From assembly GCA_964649465.1 (NCBI GenBank), contig CAZYRP010000002.1, positions 354-64,353 of the forward strand: a DNA stretch of 64,000 nt. Direction: 5' to 3'. Source of the DNA: an uncultured Granulosicoccaceae bacterium (GTDB lineage: Bacteria > Pseudomonadota > Gammaproteobacteria > Granulosicoccales > Granulosicoccaceae). The notes below the pieces were generated by a model. The model had not been told where the DNA came from and did no database searches. It saw only the letters and a list, made by a program, of their open reading frames with translations. Positions 22,178 to 31,719 of this stretch are shown one piece after another. Every line of letters begins with the position of its first letter. The stretch's first letter is position 1. A program made the position numbers and the translations under genes.

Positions 22178-23551
22178 CTAAAAAGGCAGATCAATATTCG
22201 GGTCAACGCCCAGCATTGCAGTACGAAAGCTTGCCTGAATCTGCTCAAGGTCTGATTGTGAATCAGCTTCGAAGCGAATTACAAGCGATGGCGTGGTATT
22301 AGATGCTCGAACCAGCCCCCAGCCTTTATCAAAATCCGCTCGAATGCCGTCTATTGTAGTCAGCTTTGCTCCATCAAATTTTGCGTTTTCAACAAAAGCC
22401 TGCATGAATTTATGGTGCTCACCTTCTTCAAACTTAATTCCCAGTTCAGGCGTGTTTACACTATCTGGAATTTCACCAAAAATTTCACTGACAGGTCGAT
22501 CGTCTTTAGAGAGAATTTCAAGCAACCTGGCGGCAGAATAAAGTGCATCATCAAAGCCGTACCAGCGTTCTTTAAAAAATATGTGACCACTCATCTCGCC
22601 ACCAAGAGCCGCACCTGTTTCTTTGATGCGAGCTTTAACAAACGAGTGCCCGGTCTTCCACATTTCAGGCTCGCCACCTGCCTCACTTATTGCCTTCGGC
22701 AGCAGCGTTGAGCATTTCACATCATAAATGATACGAGCGCCCGGGTTGCGATCAAGAATGTCACGCGAGTAAAGAATCATTTGACGATCTGGCCAAATGA
22801 TCTGGCCTTTGTCATCGATAACACCAACGCGATCACCATCTCCATCAAACGCGAGTCCAAGTTCGAGCTTTTCTTTTGCAACCACCTCTCTGATGTCCTG
22901 AAGGTTTTCTACCTTGGCAGGATCGGGGTGATGATTCGGGAAAGTGCCATCAACCTCGGTGAATAATTCTTCAACCTCGCATCCGAGTCGAGTAAACAAC
23001 TGTGTAGCACAAACACCTGCAACACCATTACCGCAGTCACTGGCAATACGCATTTTGCGAGACAGCTTAACGTCGCCAAGGATACGATCAAGATACGCGT
23101 CCATAACATCTGTTTCTGAATAACCGCCCTCGCCACTGGCGAGATCATCATTGACCAGCCGTTGGTATAGCTCCTGGATGCCATCGCCAAACAATGCATC
23201 ACCGCCGATCATCATCTTCAGTCCGTTATATTCGGGTGGGTTATGGCTGCCAGTTACCATAATGCCGGTACCCGTCTCGAGGTGATAGGTAGAAAAGTAC
23301 AAAACCGGCGTGGGCACCATGCCGATATTTATCACGTCACATCCGGTGCTTTGAATACCTTTGGATAGTGCTGCAATCAAATCGGGCCCGGATAATCGCC
23401 CGTCGCGAGCCAGGATCACAGTTTTATGGCCGCGAGCCTGTGCCTCAGAACCAAATGCCCGACCAATTTGCTCGCAAGCTTCAGGGGTCAGCGCATCAGA
23501 AACAACGCCGCGAATGTCATATGCACGGAAAATGGACGCATCTATGTTCAT
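22178..23551 (-). CDS. algC: Phosphomannomutase / phosphoglucomutase
   Basis: FRAYDIRG, active-site TGSHNPPEYNG, metal site FDGDGDR and sugar-binding GEMSGH. Confidence 0.9.
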   Translation of the reverse strand: MNIDASIFRAYDIRGVVSDALTPEACEQIGRAFGSEAQARGHKTVILARDGRLSGPDLIAALSKGIQSTGCDVINIGMVPTPVLYFSTYHLETGTGIMVTGSHNPPEYNGLKMMIGGDALFGDGIQELYQRLVNDDLASGEGGYSETDVMDAYLDRILGDVKLSRKMRIASDCGNGVAGVCATQLFTRLGCEVEELFTEVDGTFPNHHPDPAKVENLQDIREVVAKEKLELGLAFDGDGDRVGVIDDKGQIIWPDRQMILYSRDILDRNPGARIIYDVKCSTLLPKAISEAGGEPEMWKTGHSFVKARIKETGAALGGEMSGHIFFKERWYGFDDALYSAARLLEILSKDDRPVSEIFGEIPDSVNTPELGIKFEEGEHHKFMQAFVENAKFDGAKLTTIDGIRADFDKGWGLVRASNTTPSLVIRFEADSQSDLEQIQASFRTAMLGVDPNIDLPF

Positions 23552-23681
23552 TTACACTCTCTGTTTTTAAGTTAAATCTGACGCTGCAGCATCAATCCGG
23601 ACGCTGAAGCAATTGGTAAAAGCGCTGCGGATAAGCCAAAGCGGATGCAGGAAGCCCGCCAAACGGATGCGTGGACCTCAT

Positions 23682-24137
23682 TTATCGACTACCCGACGAT
23701 CCAAACCCACCACTGCCGCGTCCTGTCAGGGTAAATTCTTCGACTACATCAAAAGCGGTTTGCACAACCGGCACGATAACCAATTGAGCAATCCGATCAC
23801 CCACTTCAATGTTGAACGAGGCATCAGAACGGTTCCAGCATGAGACAAACAGTTGCCCCTGATAATCGGAATCAATTAATCCGACCAGGTTACCGAGCAC
23901 AATGCCATGCTTGTGGCCAAGTCCGGAGCGCGGCAATAACAACCCGGCAAGACCCGGGTCTTCGATGTAGAGCGCAATTCCGGTTGGAATTAATTCCACA
24001 GCACCGGGCGGCATTGTTAATGTTGAATCGATACAGGCACGCAAATCAAGCCCTGCAGAGCCTTGTGTTGCATGCTCTGGCAGCGGTATCTCATGACCCA
24101 CACGAGGGTCGAGAATTTTTACCTGGGCTTTATTCAT
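23682..24137 (-). CDS. dut: dUTP diphosphatase
   Basis: [27 protein letters not shown] and [10 protein letters not shown] motifs. 151 aa. Confidence 0.95.
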   Translation of the reverse strand: MNKAQVKILDPRVGHEIPLPEHATQGSAGLDLRACIDSTLTMPPGAVELIPTGIALYIEDPGLAGLLLPRSGLGHKHGIVLGNLVGLIDSDYQGQLFVSCWNRSDASFNIEVGDRIAQLVIVPVVQTAFDVVEEFTLTGRGSGGFGSSGSR

Positions 24138-24232
24138 TGGCGTTCGTTATTCCGGAATTCATCATCGTTTCAATTAACCGCTCTGGCAGAGCTGCTTAAA
24201 AAACATCCAGAGCTTACTGCATAAAAGTAAAT

Positions 24233-25489
24233 CTATGTTCCGACACTGCTGTAATGATCAGCCACCAAATCAACAAGACTATTTGCAAGCGTCGTCTTGG
24301 ATTGCAAAGCAAAAGACTTTGACCCACCATCACGCCAGAATACTTCTACGGCATTGCTCTCACTACCAAACGCACGGCCGTCACCAACCAGATTTGCGAT
24401 GATCATATCGAGATTTTTTTTCTCTATTTTAGATCTGGCATAGTGCTCAAGGTTCTGAGTCTCTGCTGCAAAACCCACGCAAAAAGGTCGGTTGGCAGAG
24501 TTTGCAACGGTCGCGAGAATATCCGGATTACGTATCAGTGTGAGGGTTAAATCTTCCTCAGTTTTTTTAATTTTTTCGCCACTGGGAGACTCTGCGCGAT
24601 AATCCGCCACAGCAGCGACCGAAATAAATATACCGGGTGCTTTAACACGCGACATCACCTCAGCATGCATCTCTTCAGCACTGGAAACATCTACCCGATT
24701 AACACCGATTGGTGTAGCCAGATTAACCGGCCCGCTCACCAGCGTAACCCGTGCGCCTGCAGATCGCGCCGCCTCTGCCAGCGCATAACCCATTTTGCCA
24801 CTACTGTGGTTACTTAAATAACGTACCGGATCGATGCTTTCTCGAGTTGGCCCTGCAGTGATTAATACGTCTACGTCCTGCAATACACCGGAATACTCCG
24901 AATGTGTATGACCTGCTCCCGTGTTAACAGCTCGGGCATGGTCTGTACCCGAATCGTCTTGCAGCAGTGTGACGATATCATCCGGCTCAAGCATTCTACC
25001 GGCACCCGTTTCACCACAAGCCTGAGATCCAACACCAGGCCCAAGCACTCTGACTCCTCGACTTTGCAGAGTTGAAATATTAGCGCTTGTCGCCGCGTGC
25101 TCCCACATCATACTGTTCATCGCTGGTGCTATCGACACAGGTGCAGTTGTTGCCAGACACAAGGTTGTTAGCAGATCATCCGCAATTCCAGCACTCAGCT
25201 TTGCGATGGTATTGGCTGTCGCTGGTGCTATCAGAACCACATTCGCCCAACGCGCCAACTCTATATGACCCATTCCAGCTTCGGCCTGATCATCGAGCAG
25301 TTCTACATGCACCTCATTGCCGGACACTGCCTGAAATACTAACGGTCCTACAAACTCACAGGCGGCTTCGGTCATCACAACCTGGACTTCAGCACCATGA
25401 TCTATCAGGCGCCTGACAATCTCAGGGGCTTTGTAGGCTGCAATTCCACCAGTGACACCCAGTATTATCTTTTTCGAAAACAGACTCAT
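24233..25489 (-). CDS. coaBC: Bifunctional phosphopantothenoylcysteine decarboxylase / phosphopantothenate-cysteine ligase
   Basis: N-terminal flavoprotein ILGVTGGIAAYKAPEIVR...PAMN and C-terminal CoaB ITAGPTRESIDPVRYLSNHSSGKMG. Confidence 0.95.
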   Translation of the reverse strand: MSLFSKKIILGVTGGIAAYKAPEIVRRLIDHGAEVQVVMTEAACEFVGPLVFQAVSGNEVHVELLDDQAEAGMGHIELARWANVVLIAPATANTIAKLSAGIADDLLTTLCLATTAPVSIAPAMNSMMWEHAATSANISTLQSRGVRVLGPGVGSQACGETGAGRMLEPDDIVTLLQDDSGTDHARAVNTGAGHTHSEYSGVLQDVDVLITAGPTRESIDPVRYLSNHSSGKMGYALAEAARSAGARVTLVSGPVNLATPIGVNRVDVSSAEEMHAEVMSRVKAPGIFISVAAVADYRAESPSGEKIKKTEEDLTLTLIRNPDILATVANSANRPFCVGFAAETQNLEHYARSKIEKKNLDMIIANLVGDGRAFGSESNAVEVFWRDGGSKSFALQSKTTLANSLVDLVADHYSSVGT

Positions 25490-25630
25490 GGTTCTATTGT
25501 ATCAGCCTGATTCCCAAGCAGAACAGCAAACGATATGTTTCGGTATCATCAGTATCTCGTTAATCTTACTATGTAAAAAAACCCGACCTGATCGACAGCA
25601 TCTGCGAGCAAAAAATCTAACACTCACTCT

Positions 25631-26305
25631 ATGGCAATGACAGATGTACCCGTCAGCGAGCGCCCGCGTGAGAAGTTGTTAACTCGTGGTGCTGAAACCC
25701 TGACAGATGCCGAACTGTTGGCAATATTTGTGCGCACTGGAGTACCGGGGCGCAACGCAGTAGAAATAGCACACGACATCATTGCCGAGTTCGGTGGGTT
25801 GGTCGGGCTGCTGCAGGCCAGCAAATCAAAATTCTGCAATACCCGCGGACTCGGCCCGGCAAAGTATGCGCAATTATCTGCTGTTTTAGAAATAGCCAAG
25901 CGATATCAGTTCGGCAAAGCTGAAACCGGTGCGTTTCTGGAATCACCTGATGCGGTAAAAAGCCTTGTTGCACTGGAAATGCGGGATCTTGAACACGAGA
26001 TCTTTGCCTGCCTGTTTCTGGACAACCGGCACCGACTAATTTCTTATGAGGCCTTGTTCAGAGGAACCATCGACTCGGCCAGCGTTTATCCACGTGAGGT
26101 AGTCAAGGCGGCACTCGCCTGCAATGCTGCAGCAGTGGTGCTGGCGCACAATCATCCTTCAGGAATTGCAGAGCCGAGTCGCGCCGACATCGACATTACT
26201 GCACGTCTTACCAAAGCGCTTAATCTTATTGATGTACGCGTTCTCGACCACATTATTGTCGGCGGTAACTACCAGGTGTCACTGGCCGAACGCGGGGAAA
26301 TGTAG
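25631..26305 (+). CDS. radC: RadC-family JAB-domain protein
   Basis: [28 protein letters not shown] and the JAMM motif [17 protein letters not shown]. Confidence 0.9.
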   Translation: MAMTDVPVSERPREKLLTRGAETLTDAELLAIFVRTGVPGRNAVEIAHDIIAEFGGLVGLLQASKSKFCNTRGLGPAKYAQLSAVLEIAKRYQFGKAETGAFLESPDAVKSLVALEMRDLEHEIFACLFLDNRHRLISYEALFRGTIDSASVYPREVVKAALACNAAAVVLAHNHPSGIAEPSRADIDITARLTKALNLIDVRVLDHIIVGGNYQVSLAERGEM

Positions 26306-26363
26306 CCTGCCAACATAGCAACAAAAATACGAGTTAATGCGAATCAGGTAAGCAAGCCGGGTA

Positions 26364-26396
26364 TAAAAAAAGGGCGATCCGCAGATCACCCTTCTT
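26364..26396. terminator. Bidirectional hairpin terminator between the convergent radC and OmpA-like genes
   Basis: Stem gggcgatc/gatcaccc with loop cgca. It is flanked by aaaaaaa on one side, giving a U-tract for the minus-strand gene, and ttctt on the other. Confidence 0.6.
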
Positions 26397-26446
26397 GTGC
26401 ATTACAACTATCGTTTTACAGCAAATGCTTAAAACTCAGGGGAAGC

Positions 26447-27127
26447 TTAGTTAAGCGCTTCAACCCGTATTTCAACACGTCTGTTCAAACGTCGCCCTTC
26501 AGCATTGTCGTTGCTTGCGATAGGCGCAGTCTCGCCAAGGCCAGATGCAGTTACCGGAACCTGAGGGAATGCACCCTGCAAACTTGCTTTAACTGTTTCA
26601 GCACGTCGCTCTGACAAGCCCTGGTTGTACTCGGTGGCACCGCGGCTGTCAGCATGGCCAACCACATCGATTAGCTCGATATCAGAATAAGATCTCAGCT
26701 TGTCGATCAAAGTATCCATTTCGCGGTTACCCTGGCCCGTCAGTTGCGATGAGTCATAAGGGAACAAAGCACGTCCACTCAATACCACCTTCTCTACTTC
26801 AGCTGCAGGAGGCGGAGTAGGAGGCGCTGGTGGTGCCGGAGGCGGAGGCGGAGGCGGTGGAGGTGGTGCAACTGCTGCCGGAGCCGGAGCTGCAGCAACC
26901 TTATCACCAGCGTCTTCTTTACCTTCGCAAGAACCAATCTCGGTGTCTTCGCTGAAACTACTACTATGGAGGCAGCCGTCAGCAACGCCAACAACACCAC
27001 CACTCGAATTGGCAATGTAACTCTCAGTTGCCTTTAATGCGTCACCGTCAGCACCACCACCCGCTAGCGTGCCGCAACCTGTAAGGATCGTCGCTGTAAT
27101 AGCAACGGACAGGAGTTTTATATGCAT
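26447..27127 (-). CDS. OmpA-family lipoprotein with a poly-proline linker
   Basis: The ATG at 27127 is preceded by GGAG. Lipobox LTGC. Linker APPPPPPPPPPAPPAPPTPPP. OmpA_C motif GHADSRGATEYNQGLSERRAETV...NRRVEI. Confidence 0.8.
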   Translation of the reverse strand: MHIKLLSVAITATILTGCGTLAGGGADGDALKATESYIANSSGGVVGVADGCLHSSSFSEDTEIGSCEGKEDAGDKVAAAPAPAAVAPPPPPPPPPPAPPAPPTPPPAAEVEKVVLSGRALFPYDSSQLTGQGNREMDTLIDKLRSYSDIELIDVVGHADSRGATEYNQGLSERRAETVKASLQGAFPQVPVTASGLGETAPIASNDNAEGRRLNRRVEIRVEALN

Positions 27128-27211
27128 GGAAATCACTCCGATTTTGCAAGAATACTCTAATTAAAATTATATAAGAGCAGAATCCGTACGTTTCCTACTC
27201 ACCCACAGGGT

Positions 27212-27240
27212 GCACGGTTGGCCGTGCGCTTTTTTGTTTT
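27212..27240 (+). terminator. Orphan rho-independent terminator (no upstream plus-strand gene)
   Basis: Stem gcacgg/ccgtgc with loop ttgg, followed by gcttttttgtttt. It lies about 35 nt downstream of a sigma70-like promoter (see findings). Confidence 0.5.
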
Positions 27241-27465
27241 ACCGCAACAGAGTAAGTGACACTCACCCCACGCGACATGCCGCCTTAAACCTATTAATCG
27301 AATTCTGAATCTGAATTTTCATAATACGTACACGGTTGACCAGAATCCTAACACAACTTTATGTGAGATAATCAACAATTGCCGGTCCACAATCTTTGAT
27401 ACTTTCTACCTCTTGGGTCCCGGACAGATCGATTATTGTATTATTTCTTTCTAGTTCAGTGATTT

Positions 27466-28191
27466 ATGTTTCATAAAATGTACAGATCAGTCATGACTGA
27501 CATTTGTTGTCTTTGCGACACTCAAGGGCTGCCGGGCCTGGATTTGTGTGATAAATGCTACAAAAGCCTGCCCCACAACCACTTTAGCTGCAGCAAATGC
27601 GCTGTTCCCGTGGTTTCCACAACAGCTGATCACACTCCCAATCGAGTTTGCGGAAGATGTTTATCCAATCCGGGGGATATTGACGACGCAATTATTCCCT
27701 ACCTGTACCGGCCACCGATCGACTTCATGGTCAAGAGACTTAAGTTTTCTGAAGAAAACAAATTCAGTCGTTTGCTCGGAGAACTGCTTTCAGATGCCGT
27801 TGAAAAACACTACAGCAGTGAATCCGGCCGGGATTTTCCCGATATCATTCTGCCGGTTCCCGTCCACAGGCAAAGACTATTGGAACGCGGGTACAACCAG
27901 GCAGAGCAAATAGCGCGCACTGTCACCAACAGGTTCGGTATGCAGCCGGACACATCGACAATTGCCAGATCTGCAACACAGCTGCCGCAATCGAGCTTGA
28001 GTGCCGCGCAGCGCGAGGCAAATATTCGTCGCGCTTTTGAAGTGCAGCAACCAGAAGCCATTCGTGGATCGCATGTCGCTATTGTTGATGACGTCTACAC
28101 CACAGGGGCGACAGCGCGAGCGATATCCAGACGACTTAAATCGGCTGGTGCACGCCGCATTACTATGTGGGCGACTGCGAGAACACCGTAA
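27466..28191 (+). CDS. comF: ComF-family protein (amidophosphoribosyltransferase-like, GntX/ComFC)
   Basis: N-terminal Cys-rich zinc finger (CLC...CDKC...CSKC...CGRC) and a C-terminal PRTase motif VAIVDDVYTTGAT. Confidence 0.8.
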   Translation: MFHKMYRSVMTDICCLCDTQGLPGLDLCDKCYKSLPHNHFSCSKCAVPVVSTTADHTPNRVCGRCLSNPGDIDDAIIPYLYRPPIDFMVKRLKFSEENKFSRLLGELLSDAVEKHYSSESGRDFPDIILPVPVHRQRLLERGYNQAEQIARTVTNRFGMQPDTSTIARSATQLPQSSLSAAQREANIRRAFEVQQPEAIRGSHVAIVDDVYTTGATARAISRRLKSAGARRITMWATARTP

Positions 28192-28214
28192 CCATTCTTT
28201 TGTACCCCACTGGT

Positions 28215-29930
28215 CTAGATTTTAGGAGTACTCATAAGCACTCGACTCAGCGCAGGATCAGGTGCTTTTGTTGCTGTACTTAACAAATTATCAATACGCT
28301 GCTTTAACTCAGCGCAGCGTGATTGACGGGATTTACGTTCCTCACTGACTTTTACCAGATCATCATTTATTTGTTGTTCAATTTGCTGCAGCCCATTTTT
28401 TAATCCGGCATGCAGTGCGCGGTAGATCGAATCAGGTAAAGATGGCACAAAGATTTTTTCTACTACCCATGGCAGCAACCAACCCAATCCGGCCAGCAAC
28501 AAGCCATTGACAAGAAAATCCACTCCGACATAGGCAGTGCGATCTTCAGCACCAGTGATAAATCCGTTCACAACACGCCATGCCACCCAGACAAGCGCGA
28601 GTATCGGCAACACAATCTTTAAGATCGATGCGGCGTGCGCAACTAATCTTTGCGATGCTGTTCCCGGTGCTTTTATCGCAGCGGCGACTGCCTGATTCAA
28701 GTGACGACTCATAGTCTCTTCCAGATCGTTAGCAACACCGGTATTCACGTGGCCCATCGGGTCATGGTCTGCAACAACAAAATCAACCATTCCAAATACG
28801 TTTTTTGGTACACCATGCTCACCATCAGCAAGCCTAAATTGCTGAACTGAACTCTGATAGCGTACCGTAAGCCATTCATCCCACAGTGAACCAGCTGATG
28901 TTCTAGCTGCTACATTGACCGCTATTTTGGTTGTAGAACTGGCTCCAGTCAGCGATTTCAACACGCTGCTCACCGCATTGGATTTTTCTTCGGCAAATAA
29001 TTCACTGTGATTTTTAAAAGGTCCGTCAAGATGAGCGATAGCCGACTGTTCGAATTCCTGCCAATGCTTCGTAAAAGAATCAGTCAAACTTTCACTCGAA
29101 GCATTAGCAAGAAGAGCCGCATGACTTTGCAGTTGTGTGTGCGAACGCTGCAGGCGCTGCATCCATCCGCGCTCTTGCAGCTGCAGAACAACGTTATGAT
29201 TCGAAAGTGAGCCTATTACATCAACCATCGCATCAAGTTCATCTTCATCAGGCTGATCGTCGTCAGGCTGACCTGCAGATATCGTGCGAAAAACCTGTGG
29301 TGAGGAGAAACCACTGCTTTCAAGTAAGTTGATAAAGTCACGATACTGCACAGGGTCAGCTCGATCCCACTTGTTTATAACAAATAGCCATGCATGTCGG
29401 TAACTGTTGTCGAGCATCATACGCCATCCCTCAGCGTCTTTATAACGCTCGGGAGTCACTACATATATCAGTAAATCAATGTGCGGTAACCATTGAAGTA
29501 CCTGATCTTTGTTAGACGTTTCATCGCTGTCAAAATCAGGCATATCTACCCACATCACATCAGCTAACGCATCATTGCTGTGTCGGTTGTCAGAGAAGCT
29601 CGACGGGTCAAAGTGATCAGGCAACGCATTCAGCGCGACACTTTCATGCAGGTAAGCAGTAATTTCCATTGATGTAGGCCGCACCACACCAGTACGCGCA
29701 ATTTCGGCGCTTGCCAGCCTGTTTAACAACGAACTTTTACCGACGCCTGTACCACCAAACAAACCCACTACCAATGGCCTTTCTGTGCCAGTAAATAGGT
29801 CGACCGGGCTTTTGCTATCAATCAAACGGTCTGCAGATGGCAACCAACCAGCAGCACTGAGTGATGCGGCAAGCTGCTCTGACTCTTCAAAGAGGGACCG
29901 CGCCAGCCTTTCAGACATTACCGGCCTCAA
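28215..29930 (-). CDS. Large P-loop GTPase with a C-terminal membrane hairpin (dynamin-like candidate, downstream member of a pair)
   Basis: G1 GGTGVGKS (29733-29756), DMPDFDS, NKWD, a long helical region and a hydrophobic hairpin ILKIVLPILALVWVAWRVV...FLVNGLLLAGLGWLLPWVV. An alternative ATG lies at 29918. Confidence 0.7.
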   Translation of the reverse strand: MRPVMSERLARSLFEESEQLAASLSAAGWLPSADRLIDSKSPVDLFTGTERPLVVGLFGGTGVGKSSLLNRLASAEIARTGVVRPTSMEITAYLHESVALNALPDHFDPSSFSDNRHSNDALADVMWVDMPDFDSDETSNKDQVLQWLPHIDLLIYVVTPERYKDAEGWRMMLDNSYRHAWLFVINKWDRADPVQYRDFINLLESSGFSSPQVFRTISAGQPDDDQPDEDELDAMVDVIGSLSNHNVVLQLQERGWMQRLQRSHTQLQSHAALLANASSESLTDSFTKHWQEFEQSAIAHLDGPFKNHSELFAEEKSNAVSSVLKSLTGASSTTKIAVNVAARTSAGSLWDEWLTVRYQSSVQQFRLADGEHGVPKNVFGMVDFVVADHDPMGHVNTGVANDLEETMSRHLNQAVAAAIKAPGTASQRLVAHAASILKIVLPILALVWVAWRVVNGFITGAEDRTAYVGVDFLVNGLLLAGLGWLLPWVVEKIFVPSLPDSIYRALHAGLKNGLQQIEQQINDDLVKVSEERKSRQSRCAELKQRIDNLLSTATKAPDPALSRVLMSTPKI

Positions 29931-31695
29931 GCTTTGCTGTCATACGTTCTAATTCATCCTCAGAAATATTTACATTCGGCGCTACGTTTTGTCCTAGCTG
30001 TATAAACGGTTTGCCCAGCTTTCTATTGATCAGTGAGCGCACCTCTTTTTCCTGGTAAGCGGTCAGATTTTTTTGAACGCGTTGCATGTATTTCCCTAAT
30101 GCACCTTCTGTCAGCAGAGTCGTTAAGGACAACATCGCGGGCGCTACCACCAGATCAACAGCACCCAGGCCACCGGATTTAACAGCCAGGACAACAGCGG
30201 CAGCATCAGCGGTTACTCTGGCAGCTCGCAGGCCATTAAGTGTGGCCGGTTGTTTCTGCAATTCCTGATAAAGTGACTGCGCAGCGCGGTCGATCTCGAC
30301 CTGTAGCATCGTTTGATAATTATCGACACTTTTGTTGTAGCGGGTTTTTATTTCCAGCTCAGCTCCAGTGACCTGCTCTCGCATTTGTGACCACCAATTG
30401 CCGTCCGCACCCGATTCCCTGTCAGCTATCGAGGCTATCAGGGTAGCAGTTGAATGCTTACCGAGCTCATCCAGCAAACGCCGCTCCTCATTGCGGTCGT
30501 CATCCGTGACAGGTGCGGGCTCTTTAGCGGCACTAACCAATGTACGAACAGGCCAGGTGACAACACTGCGAATCTTGCTTAAGGGTTTAGCCATCCCGGG
30601 AACTTCAAGCAGCACCAGTAGTTCCGACAACGCGAGCTGTATCACTTCGCGATGTCGATCGCTGTCAATATATTCCGTACGGTACCTTTGTGCGGTTTCT
30701 TTTGCTACCGTATCCACCAGAACTTTATATTCAGTCTGCATTCGGTGCTCTGCACTAACACCGGCAGTCCAGCCGGACCAGTGGCTGCGTATAAAGGCAA
30801 GCGACTTATTTTTTAACTCATCCCGACTGGCAGGTTGCAGGCACGCTTTGATGTTTTGCAGCAGGTCAGCCAGCTCTTCCTGTGCAATCAAAAGTGCACT
30901 CTGCGCGAGTTGTTGTTTTGAATATTCACCGATAAAACTCAGCGGTGAGATCTGAGAGGCACTCAGCACACGAGCGTATTTTTTTTCAATTGATGCCTTT
31001 AGCTCAGCTTGCACATTGGGTGGAGTTTTATTCATCACCATTACAAGCGGTGTGTTAAGTGACGCAAGTAACTCAAGCATGATCCAGACAGTTTTGTCTG
31101 CATACTTATCTATACTGACAACAAACACAACCAGGTCTGCCAGCGCGAGCACTTTGATTAGAGGTGTTCTGTAGTCGAATGAACGGATCGAATCGAAGTC
31201 CGGTGTATCCCACACTACATTGTCAATTAATGGTGAGTTCGGACTTAGCGTTTCCTGCAGCGAGTATTCCGAAAGCACCTGGCGGTCGAGTGTATTCTGC
31301 AGTGAATGTTTAAGTTCACCAAAATAATCTGTTGCCCAATTTTCCTGATCGGCGTAACGGTCCTGCAGCTCCGGCACTATATGGAAACCCTGGCAGTGAA
31401 CTGTAAAGCCCGCTTCCGCACTCGATTCCGCCAACCGCTGCTGGAGTAAGATGTTCGTAACTGTGCTTTTACCCACCTGCGTCGGACCCACAACCACAAT
31501 CTGAGATGGCACCGGATTATTATCTCCGGATAGCTCCAAACGACGCAAAGCGTTTTGCGCTATCGACAGGGTTGTTAGTGTCGCACGGATATCTGACTGA
31601 TTTTTACTGTTACCGGCAGGCTCCACATCCGTGTAATTATCATCCTGCAACAATTCACGATTGCGACTAATCAACTGGGAAATAAACTGATACAC
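29911..31695 (-). CDS. Large P-loop GTPase (dynamin-like candidate, upstream member of a pair)
   Basis: GTG start. G1 GPTQVGKS (31465-31488), DTPDFDS, NKTP and about 350 aa of helical C-terminal region. Its stop overlaps the start of the downstream GTPase. Confidence 0.7.
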   Translation of the reverse strand: MYQFISQLISRNRELLQDDNYTDVEPAGNSKNQSDIRATLTTLSIAQNALRRLELSGDNNPVPSQIVVVGPTQVGKSTVTNILLQQRLAESSAEAGFTVHCQGFHIVPELQDRYADQENWATDYFGELKHSLQNTLDRQVLSEYSLQETLSPNSPLIDNVVWDTPDFDSIRSFDYRTPLIKVLALADLVVFVVSIDKYADKTVWIMLELLASLNTPLVMVMNKTPPNVQAELKASIEKKYARVLSASQISPLSFIGEYSKQQLAQSALLIAQEELADLLQNIKACLQPASRDELKNKSLAFIRSHWSGWTAGVSAEHRMQTEYKVLVDTVAKETAQRYRTEYIDSDRHREVIQLALSELLVLLEVPGMAKPLSKIRSVVTWPVRTLVSAAKEPAPVTDDDRNEERRLLDELGKHSTATLIASIADRESGADGNWWSQMREQVTGAELEIKTRYNKSVDNYQTMLQVEIDRAAQSLYQELQKQPATLNGLRAARVTADAAAVVLAVKSGGLGAVDLVVAPAMLSLTTLLTEGALGKYMQRVQKNLTAYQEKEVRSLINRKLGKPFIQLGQNVAPNVNISEDELERMTAKLEAGNV

Positions 31696-31719
31696 GATGT
31701 GTAGCTATGCGCCCGTTAA

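Noticed and set aside
26803-26900. GGN/GGC-rich simple-sequence tract (ggaggcggaggcggaggcggtggaggtgg...) that could look like a VNTR or a G-quadruplex-prone element.
   Set aside because: It is the complement of the CCN run that encodes the poly-proline linker (APPPPPPPPPPAPPAPPTPPP) of the OmpA-like lipoprotein. A coding linker fully explains it, though length variation between strains is possible.
30368-30955. 195-aa plus-strand Ser-rich ORF.
   Set aside because: It is antisense to the upstream GTPase gene. The low-complexity Ser/Arg composition is typical of a shadow frame.
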